Source of the DNA: Klebsormidium nitens
Lineage: Eukaryota > Plantae > Klebsormidiophyceae
Direction: 5' to 3'
NCBI GenBank assembly: GCA_000708835.1
Contig: DF237374.1
Location: 1-64,000, forward strand
DNA: 64,000 nt
The notes beneath the pieces were generated by a model. It had not been told where the DNA came from and did not search any database. It saw only the letters and a program-made list of their open reading frames with translations. How positions within the stretch are numbered: position 1 is the first letter of the stretch; the number at the start of each line of letters is the position of its first letter. The position numbers and the translations under genes were made by a program. Below are positions 1-10,200 of the stretch, in pieces.

Positions 1-329
1 GCACGCCAATGCTTCATTTCGGACGCCAAATCAACTGCTCTATGTTAGTGATAAACCATCTGAGACTGACTCGATCACCTTAAGATCGAGTCAGGCTTTC
101 GGGGGCGACCTTGGCGCGGCGCGGTACCGGGTCTTGCCGAAACGGGGGGACACGTGGCGCTTTGTGGTTGCTCCATTTTATGCCGTTCATCAGATGGTTA
201 GTTGGCTGCTTCTTCTCTGGAAGCAGCGCTCATATCTCCGAGTCCTAGTCCTGGACCAGCATTCCCCTCTACTATCTAGGGCTGGCATGCAAGGGGTGTA
301 ATTTCTTCCTGAGGTGGACATCGCCACAT

Positions 330-1550
330 TCACATGTTTGGCTCGCCGTAGTGGTACTGCATAGCCGTGCTCGATCTGACGCTCAGGCGATCGGACGGTC
401 GAGGTTGCGCGAAGTTGAAAAGATCAAAATCCGCTCCATGAAAAATCTTGTAGCGGATTGCAGGAGAGCTCAGGAACGATAAAACACCACCAGTGACTCT
501 GGCACGACTGTCGCTTATATCGGGCCAATGGGCGCCCTGGATCACCAAGTCGAGACCACGGCTCCATGGAAACTTCCTCAATTTCACGGGAGTCCCACCG
601 GTTTCTCAAATCCACCCGTTTTATCACGGTTGCAAAGTCGTTGCCAACAGCCAGATTAATTCAATACTGCACGAATTGGCCAAAACGAGAGATTTGTAAC
701 GTTCTTAAGATCACCAAACCGCTTTGACGATGTAAACCTCAAGTATTGAGAAAGGCTTCGGTGGAGCTGCCGCCATTGAAGTCGAGTGGGCTGGCACAAC
801 GGCGCCACCAACTGTGCACGCACGCGCACGCGGGGCCGCAGGACTGTGGCAAACATATGTGTTACTGGCATCAAATCAGCGCCATTCTGGCCTGTTTGGA
901 TGTTCCTTGCACCTCTCTAGTCAGCCCTGGTTGCCTCGTGGGCCCCCCGGCGCCCCTATATTCATGGAATACCGCTCGAGCTCTTGGACTCGGAAGCGAG
1001 CCTTGAACGCTCCATAGAGGTCACGTCAAACTCAGGAGTAAGCTTCCTGCATACCCGTGGCAGAGCTCTCATTGATCCCCTTTGAAAAGGCTTCTGTATT
1101 GATCGATGAGAGCACACCGGCTTCTGCGTCAACGGCGTGAAGCTGGCGGTAAACTCCTGAACGACCGGCGAAGGCCATTCTCGCCCCTGGATTGCAGCGC
1201 CAACTCGTTCCCCGGCATGGCTGTCGAAGCCTGTATAGCATTCTTGCGAAAATCGTGAGGCATAGTACTACTTGAAGGATCGAACACGAGCTCACAGACA
1301 AGAAGGTAAGTTAACAAGACGCTAAGAAACTGCTTGGGTGGGCGGCGGACCCTCGAGCTCGACGGTCCTTTCAAGGATGCCCCGAAGCCCAGCGAGTTCA
1401 TCTGCCGCGCCATTTTGACAGGGAAGATTTTCGGAAGCAAGCCTACAAGCGGCGTGTGAATTACACTGTCGACCGACGGATTGTGTGGCGCCGTTCTGCT
1501 TTATTCCTTACAGAAGTGATATCGAAGCGGAGCTTGATCCTGCACGAGTT
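330..1550 (-). pseudogene. Unidentified degenerate coding remnant(s); one fragment resembles a DEDDy 3'-5' exonuclease ExoII motif
   Basis: Several short protein-like minus-strand frames with plausible splice sites, broken by stops and frame changes. ORF 330-587 contains LSFLSSPAIRYKIFHGADFDL, like the L..LL.dP.I.K.fHg..fDl segment of RNase D/WRN-type exonucleases. I could not build a continuous gene model. Confidence 0.2.
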
Positions 1551-2563
1551 TCCCACATTACGCGCTGGCACATAGTCCCAACCCTGGTTACTGTCTGGTT
1601 GCAAGAGAGGTGTTTGGGGAATCCCAGGGCAGCAAACGCCAGACAACTTGTGTTCATTGAATGATAGTTTGTAAACTGGTAGCAATATTCGTACTTTGGG
1701 TCCTGTCATGTGAGGACATGACCAGAGTTATGAGTTGGCAGAACTGGTCATGTTTGCGAAGGATGGAGTTTTAGAGCAGGTGGTTTCACTGCTTCATGAG
1801 AGCAGATATTGTTTTGATCATGGCAAGACGGCTTGTGTGATGACGTAGCACGCGGCATAACATGATCAGACAGAAACAAATCGAACTTTTGCTCACGTCG
1901 GTTGGTCGCCTGCAGAGTCCTGCTGAATAGTGGACGCTTGAAAGGCTGTCGGTTGACTTGCTCGAAAGTTTCTTTGAATCGAACAGAAGCAAATGAGCCA
2001 GAGAATCGTACGACTCTGTCCAATTTCACCGCCCAGAGCTTTCAAATAAGAAAGTACTTCGCTCGATTCCGATCAGAAGCGCGGCCTGAATACTAAGGTC
2101 CCAAATGGGTCCCAAAACGGGTGGCTCGTTAGGACGACGCTCTTCGATGAAGTTTCCAAAGCCAGTGGCACACCGCTAGATGCCAACTTGAACCGCAAAT
2201 GAAGGCAGATTCTGCTTTGCATACATTTCATTCACGTAGTGTGTTCACGTGATTATTCGTGCCGGTATTCTATATTTTGCCAGGCGACTGGCACGGCTCT
2301 GATGGCACGGCTCTACTGTAAGGCTCTTCTTCAAACGTCTAATCTTTCGCAGCTCAATTGGACAGGACGAAAGCACCCGAAGAGTTTATGGACCTGTCCG
2401 TTTAAACCTCTTCACTGAAAATCAATTTTTCCTGCTAACAACGTAGCACGTCGGACTGTCGTTCGTTTAGAGCTGCACAAAAGCACTTGCTAGCAACTCC
2501 ACTCTCCTGCCTACATTTACTGGTTCTATCTTCGGATGACCTGACCCCCACACAACCTGCTTC

Positions 2564-3292
2564 TCAGACTTCGTGGCTTCCACCGCCGGTAAACCCCTCA
2601 GTGGCCGAGTCATGCAGACGCTTGACAGTTTGATCTGCTAATGTTCCCCCGGGCCTGTATCGGTGTTCCAGGTATCGTCTCTGTATGACCATCGCGGCCG
2701 CCCCGCGGTGCGCAAGCCACCTCCTAGTCGCTCTCTGTATGATCTTCGCACAACGCTCTCTCCTCAGTTTCAAGACCAGGAACCTCTTTCTGAGGATTCT
2801 CATACACTCCCTGAATTCAGCTTCACCTCTTTCAGGACGATCATATCTCCAATGATTAAGATTCTCAATCACCGGCCCCAGAAAGTCACGCATCGAAAGC
2901 ACCACCTCCTTAAAGCTGGGGTAGATTGGGCTGTAAGGGGCGCATTCAGCTGCAAAATATTCCTTCAGAAACCCCAGCACGTACTTAGAATTTAAGAACT
3001 CGGACCGCACTGGCAGCCGAGATACGTGTCTACGAGCGGCGGACATGTCCAAAGACTCTCCGCTCAAGACCTTAGGAACAAGGTACTTGAGCCCGCAAAA
3101 GGGAAGAACGTCTGTCTCCAGCCGATAGATCTCGTCCTCACACGCGCACAGTCGTTGGAAGTCGGCATACGTCCTTGGGGCGAAGCCATTCCTTGTGAGG
3201 TCTTTGAGAAAGAGAATTTCGAGCTCTAGGAGTCGAATCTTCCTCTCGTGAGGCGCTCGTAGGGAGTCCAGATGCTCCTCGAGGTTGTACAT
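2564..3292 (-). CDS. Intronless hypothetical protein (about 242 aa from the first in-frame ATG) with tandem IQ-like motifs and an IQRRY...YRPGG C-terminal motif
   Basis: Open frame 2564-3409 in the track starts at GTG. The first in-frame ATG is at 3292 (MYNLEEHL...). No internal stops, helical protein-like composition, C-terminus AKIIQRATRRW...AAMVIQRRYLEHRYRPGG. Confidence 0.7.
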   Translation of the reverse strand: MYNLEEHLDSLRAPHERKIRLLELEILFLKDLTRNGFAPRTYADFQRLCACEDEIYRLETDVLPFCGLKYLVPKVLSGESLDMSAARRHVSRLPVRSEFLNSKYVLGFLKEYFAAECAPYSPIYPSFKEVVLSMRDFLGPVIENLNHWRYDRPERGEAEFRECMRILRKRFLVLKLRRERCAKIIQRATRRWLAHRGAAAMVIQRRYLEHRYRPGGTLADQTVKRLHDSATEGFTGGGSHEV

Positions 3293-3607
3293 GTCGCGCC
3301 AGGGTCGCGCCGGTAGGTCTCCCCCTCGACCGAGTCCGAATACTTCAGTATAGGCTTCGTGTGATACATGGGGGCGCCGTCTCAGTTGTTTCGTTTTGGT
3401 TCTCACCACCGTGCTTTGCTGATTGTCCTGAGCGCAGCTTGCTGGGATATAAAACGTCCACGCTTTTCTGATTGCTCAGAGGCGCTTGCAGAAGTACTGC
3501 TCACGTCCTGCTCAGGCTAGATCCTGAATTTTGTTATGCAGAATCATCGTGAAGGGATTGTGAATGATGGAATGTTGTGACGTCATGAGCGGCGCTTCCG
3601 CGCTCTT

Positions 3608-3668
3608 GCATACTAGCTGCATACTAGCATACTAGCATCCCACTAGCATACTACTAGCTGCATATTAG
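3608..3668. repeat. Short degenerate tandem repeat (CATACTAG-like unit, about 5-6 copies)
   Basis: gcatactagctgcatactagcatactagcatcccactagcatactactagctgcatattag read directly. Confidence 0.7.
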
Positions 3669-4276
3669 AAAAGCCTGGCGCGCCAGGCCGAAGTCTGGCG
3701 CAAGCTAACAGCCTAATAGATCACAGCAGCAAACAGATTTGAACAAACACCTTCGTTTTCCCTTCGCAAGACTTGTACTAGATGGGTCTCCGGCTCCATA
3801 GCACCTACTAGTACGGGCTGGCCACGTACCTACTGCTGCGCGCCGGCCGCGCGTCGGTCAGTCGGCCGCGCGGCCGGGCCCGGAAGAGCGGCCGCGTGCC
3901 GTAGCTGCCAAGTCAGAGCCGAAGATGATAGATCCACACATGGCCACAATCCTACATTCCTAGCAGGCCCGTGCAGGGGCGCTAGCTCATGTGAATCTGT
4001 GTCTTCTTCATAGACGCCTGAATTGCTTTTCTTTCCTCGTATCACTTTAGTGGAAGCCTTGGAGGTCTGATCCCTGAGCAGCATTTTGTGCACAATTGGC
4101 GGAGTAGATGATTCCCCCTTGTGCAGCGCTGGCGCTCCTTGAACGAGCCTCAATTGAGCCGACAGTGAAAGTTCAGATCGGTGTCCAGATTGGGGCCTAC
4201 TTTCCAGACACCTGACTGCGAATAAACCTGGAACAGACATTCAATAGCAGAAAGGACACACTTTGACCAGCAGAAA

Positions 4277-7200
4277 ATGGCTGCATCCTTCAAACACCTT
4301 GTCAGGTGGTTTTCAATTCTGGTCGTCCTGTCTCAGCTCTCAGTAGGCAAGGGCCAGCTGCAGGGCTGCTTCTTAAGGTTTGACATTCAATCAAACAGTT
4401 CAGTCCTCACGCTCAATGGCCAGTCCATCAAACCGCTCCCGGTGCCAATCCGCGCAACTAGCAATCTGCAGCTTGCAGGTGAGTGCCCCACCGAATGGCG
4501 GAGTGCCACATAGCTGACGGTCCAAGAATCACTGGGTCTTACTTTAGGGAAGCTCACTGAATTGCTAGCCGGTCCAGTCCACCACATTGTTATGGTGACC
4601 TGTCATGTTCTAATCCAAGGTTCAGAATGCGGAGGGGCTGGCTTTCTAACTGTGACTTGGAAAGTTCGAGACTGATCCTTTAGTCTAATCTAACGTTGGG
4701 GCTCAGGAAGAAGGGGGAGTCCCATTGAACCTGGACTTTCTATGTGCCACAGCTCGAGAGTCTAAGATGACTTACAGGTGTAGAAGCTTAGTCTCTGAAA
4801 CGTCATTTAGGCCCTTGTTTAGTTGCTGGCACCGAAGGTCTCAGTGTCTCGCTTTTCAGGTATGATCATAAAAGGGTAGTTCAGTTCCGAAATTCTAATC
4901 GTTTTGTGGTTGCTGAGCTGTGCGCTCCCCATCACATTTGGATTTGTAGGCTCTGCAAAGGACACTAAGCATGGGAGCAATGAACATCTTGACAACTTGG
5001 CAAAGCAGTCCCTAAAAGCAAGGTCACAGCTCCTCGGCTGTTGTCTGATGCCAGTGCGCTCCACTTCACAAAGCGCCTGTATGACGAAATTGAAGGCTTT
5101 GAGCATTGGCCCAGCATTTGTCTGACAAAAGCCCTCATATCCCGCTTCTTAGCTAGTCAGTAAGCTTTCAAATCAAGACCAACAAACATCTTTGGCTGTG
5201 TTAAAACTCCATCTCAAGTTGCACCTCTTACCATTCTTGTATGGTACATCTGTCCTCAATTGCTCACTCACTTCTTGCCTTCTCCCTGCAGGAAGCTTGT
5301 ACCTCAAACTATCAGGAACCGCAGCCTGCCCCACCCAACTGACTCTCTCCTCTTTCTCCGGAGCTACGTTCATCGGCCCCCAAACCCTGAACCTCTCCGC
5401 ATCCTACCCCCCCTCTCTCATTTCCATGTCCCCCCCGGTCCTATACACACGAGCGGGGGCCGGCGGCATCATCTTCGCAAATGTGACGTTTTACGACCTT
5501 GAGGTCGCTGTCGGAAGCTCGGAACTAGCTCCCGATGCGCAAACGGGGGCTTTCAGCGTGCCACAAAACTGGACGGTCGTCTCGGGAATGTCTGAAGAGA
5601 AAAGTATTCTTGGACCCGCCTTCACGTTCTTTGACTTGAGCAATACGCCGTCGACCGTCACGTCGGCGGGGGCTTTTTCCGTCTCTGGTCAGGTGAGTTG
5701 CGACCCTCTTGCAAGAATGTTCTGTTTCAAGACCGCCGGGACCACTCAGCGACGATTGGGCGAGCTTCATATGAACCCGTTGGAAGTTCGCAGAAGTGCA
5801 TCGGCCTCATCATAGTGGTTTACTTCATAACCTGTCTTTCAAGCGGCCTTTCTCTTATCCTAGCCACATTTTGCCTCATGTTTGCCTCTTGCGCCCATTC
5901 TTGTATCCATTAGGGCCCCTTTCCCAGTGTTCGCTTTCCTTCCGCCGGCGTCGATCATTATGGAATCTCACGCCACTCTACGATTCCTTTCGAGAGATAG
6001 AAACCAATGTCAAGCAAGTGCTTCTCCCGCTTGACTTCCTGCTAAAATTCTGCCTCCCATTTCCCAGGTCGCGACTCTCAGCTTTCCGACGTTTGAGTGG
6101 CCCCTAATGTTACTCGGAGGCGCCAAAAACCAGCAGGCCTCGTACACTTTCCAGGGGTCCGTTGTGGCCACGGCGGTGCTAGGTTGTCCAGCCAGCTGTA
6201 GCTTCCGCGGTCGTTGCGAATTGCAAGGTAAGTCGCATCGACTTATTAGCGACTCTTGAGAGGTTTGGTGATGGATTCGCTGATGGTCCGCTTTGGCCTG
6301 GCCAAGGATTTTATTGGTTTTCGAGAAGTCTGGTATTCAAAAGGCCTGTCGTGTCCGTTGTTTGCGATCATATGACGCAAACCCTTAAGCCCATGCTTCG
6401 TGGCTTTCGTCTGGACCGGCTCTAGTCGAGAAACGTCAACAATCATTGCGGCAATACTGGCGCTCGACACGTTGAAACGATAGCTGCATGTATTGGGATA
6501 GCCCGCTCCACTTCATTAAAAACTGAAGCACTTTTTCCATATGGTTTTCAATTCTCTTCCAGATCCCTGCCTGAGAGCCATCTTCGGCCTGATGCCGTTC
6601 AGCGTGACGTCAAAACTCTCCGGTCCGTCCACCGTACAGATGATCGCAAACACTGCCTCTGTTGCGTGGGGATAAAAGCTTGGACAGACGTGTCTAATCT
6701 TATGTAGCTCATCTTGCGCGACGAACCACCTGGAGAATGTCCGCTCGTCTTTCCTCTGGACTCTCTAGAATTTGACACGTGTCCACACACGCAGGCTCCA
6801 CGCCCACCTGCGCCTGCGACTGCGGCTTCGCCGGCGCCGACTGCTCCCAGACATTCCTCGCCCCGCTCTCCCTGGAATCTGCCACGTCAGCATACCCGAG
6901 CACCGCAACCGGGGTCACAAACGACGGAAACGTGCACCTCCAACTGGTCGGGCCAAACCTCGGGGATCTCGCGGCGCTTTCGTCGTCGAATCTGAGTGCG
7001 TTCGTCGGTAACGCGAGCTGTGGGCCGCTGACGCGAGTCAGCTCGTCGGTTGCCACGTGTGCTCTGCCGCCGCAGCCGGACGCTTTAAACAACCGCGCGC
7101 CCGTCCGAATTGTAAGGTGAGGGCCGGGAATTTGCACGCTTCAATACCTGACGTGTTTTTGGTTGCGGAACCTTTTTGAGAAAGGGCTCTGATTGCTTCT

Positions 7201-10200
7201 CGACTCATATCTTGGTTCCTTCAAGAAGGCCCGTAGGCGCTGCCTCCGGTGTCCATGTTGCTAGATTCGCAGCGATCGTTGTTAACCGTCATAGGTTTGC
7301 ATTCAGAAGCGTCTCATTCCAGCGTTGGATGACAACGCGTAACGTCGATGCATATGTCGGAATTCATGACGACTTTCTAGAGACTTTTCTGTCGAGCTGT
7401 TTGGCAAGAGCGCTTCCGACCGTTCCCCTTCTCTCTTGAGAAGCAAAAGACAAAGCCTGCCTTTCCAGTAATTAAGCTCCGCTCCTTCTCGCTGATTCTT
7501 TGACCTGTTTAGTTCTCGGTTTGGCTGTCAACCAGACACGTGCCTTCCCTCAGTTCGACTTGAAAGAGTTACACTTTTCCGTACAGGGGTTGTCAGCGGA
7601 CCGCTCGAACGCCCACTTCCTTCGTATTCGTTGATCCGCCGTCCGCTTCCACAAAATTTCCTCCCCGAGCCCGAACCCCAATTTCTCTTGCGGCACCCTG
7701 CACTCAATCTGACTGACAATACCCACACTTTTCTGTACAGGGGCTGCCAACGGACATTTCGGACGCTCACTTCGCTCGTGTCCGTCAACCCGCCGTCCGC
7801 CTCCGCACAAATCCCTCCCCCGAGCCCTTCCCCCGGTTCCTCCCCAGGCACGTGCCCAGTCGATCTGGACAAGCAGTGCGCCGGCGTACCGGCCACGGCA
7901 ACAGCGACCGGGGCGTGCACGTGCGACTGCCTGGCGGGCTGGACGGGCGTCGACTGCTCCGTGTGCACTGCGGATGATGTGTGCCAGGTGCGTCCGGCGT
8001 ATGAAAAAGTTAACATTCTAGTTCTGGATTCGTCTTTCCGTTTGAAGTGTGCGTTTCAGGAGAATTTTCTGACTAGATTGGGCACTTCTACTCCGTTGGC
8101 TTTGCTTGTCCAGAATGTCAGCTGGCAACCCGTCCTAGTTTAGGTGATTTTTTTGGTTAGGATCTACGAAAGCCGCAAACGATGTCGTTTTGAAGTGTCA
8201 CCTCATTGCTTCAAAGGCGTTTTCCACTCTATGCGGGGTCCGTGGGAGGACTGCACCATCGAACCCTCCGTCCTACAAAATTTTTTTATCTTTGAGGACC
8301 AATTTTGAAACTCCGAGATTCGGTTTTGACGGTGAATTCATTGCCCGTATGCTAGCAGTCACTGCTGCAACCCTGGAATCGGGTGCCTGCAGCATGATTC
8401 CCAAAGGTGAATGATTCCTCCAAACCCACAGTCGTCTCTTCCAATTTACTTCTTTTTTCCCAAAGGCACTCAACCTGGGCGCGCGCTGCGACACGGGCCC
8501 CCTCTACGGCGCCAACACCACCTACAAGGCCTACGGGTGCAAGCTGACGTCATCCAGCCTGGCCGCGTACATCCAGAGCGACATGGCGATCCGGTGTGAC
8601 GTCAGCAAGCGCGCGTGCACGATCCTGCTGGACGTGCTCTCGGACGGGCAGACGGCGCCCGTGAACTGTACCGCGACGGGGTGCGCTTTTCGGGACGGGC
8701 AGGGGGCGTTCACCTGCGCTGAGCTCAGCTGCGGCTGCGGGGGCCAGAAGGTGACGTCAGCACACCTGTTTTCGACTCAGTTCGAAGATGCTCCTAGCTG
8801 GCAATTTCTGACAGGAGACTGGATGGATATGCGAGGGGAAGCTGCTTCCTTGAAAGGTACTCTGGGGCCAGGACTCCAAAACTTTGAGATTGCGGAGGAG
8901 CTTGACCAGATATAATTAGGCAGAAAGCTTGCTTCTCTCGTGTGCTTGATAGAGTTCGGCTCACTCGACTGTCCCCCGCTTCTACAAGACGACTTACCGA
9001 CTTTCCGAGGAACCTGCTTGCTCAGCCCTATCTTGTCCAATGTCTTAGCCCAATTGTCTAAATTGGTTTCAGGTCCCCTGCCCGACTCCCAGCCAGATGA
9101 ACACGCCTACGACCCACCGATTGTCTGCCGCATACTTGCTCTAGGATTGCACAAATCCAGCGACTTAAATCAATCTTCTAAGCGAGTTTCAGGTCCCCTG
9201 CCCGACAAACCTCTCTCAGATCATCAACACGTCACAACCCACCGACATTCTGACAACTCGCATAATTGGTCTAAACCAGCGGCTATTGCACTAAACCAGC
9301 GGCTTAACCCAAAATCTAACCTGGTTCAAGGTCTACTGCCCAACGGACCTCTCTCAGATCACCAACACGTTTACGACCCACCGACTCTCTGACGACCCGG
9401 ATACTTGATCCTATATTGCACAAATCCAGCGTCTTAACCCGATTTCCTAAACCCGTTTTAAGGTCCCCTGCTCGACGGACCTCTCCCAGCCAAATCAACA
9501 CGCTTACAAGCCACCGACTTTCTAACAACCCGCATACTTGAACCTACATTGTACAAATCCAGCGGCTTAACCCGCTTTTCTGACCTGGTTTCAGGTCCCC
9601 TGCCCGACGGACCTGTCCCAAACCATCAACACCCTTACGGGCAGCTCTAAGATGGCATGCGCAGATGATGGCTCTGGCAAATGCACCCTCTCTTTGGACG
9701 CCCTGCCAAGCGACCTGGAAGCGACGTGCAGCGTAAGTGCCTACTCTAGTTGGAGGATTTCAGTGCCCGCGTTATTGAACAGCTGCCGAGACGGGGTTTT
9801 TTTGTGAGGGGTGCTGGGATCACGGCTACTGGGTGCAGTAAGGCAGGGTTTTGATTATTTCGCTTCGACCGAAAGCAAGATGCGCTTGAACAGAACGGTA
9901 CGACAAAGCTCACCACATAGGACGTTGAACATATCTATTGGGTCCGCCTGCAATCACATCCGAGTAGTGCTCCGAGCTTCGACGTTCAGGACGAAATCCG
10001 TTCAATTCCTTGAGGACAACGACGGACCCAGTTTGCCAGCCCTTTCGTACATGAAGCGTTAAAACGTCAATTTAAAAAGCTACGGTTTTGTCATCGGAAA
10101 ACTCTGCCTGCACGCAGCAAACGCTTCTATCTCCTGAGAGAAGCAAACAGCGGCCTTTCCGGCTTCTTAAGGCTCACAGCCTGTGCGCCTAAGCTGTTTT

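Noticed and set aside
9060-9650. Regularly spaced repeats that superficially resemble a CRISPR array
   Set aside because: The whole ~130 bp unit is homologous, so there are no unique spacers. There are no cas genes, the context is eukaryotic, and the unit is a copy of the intron-exon junction.
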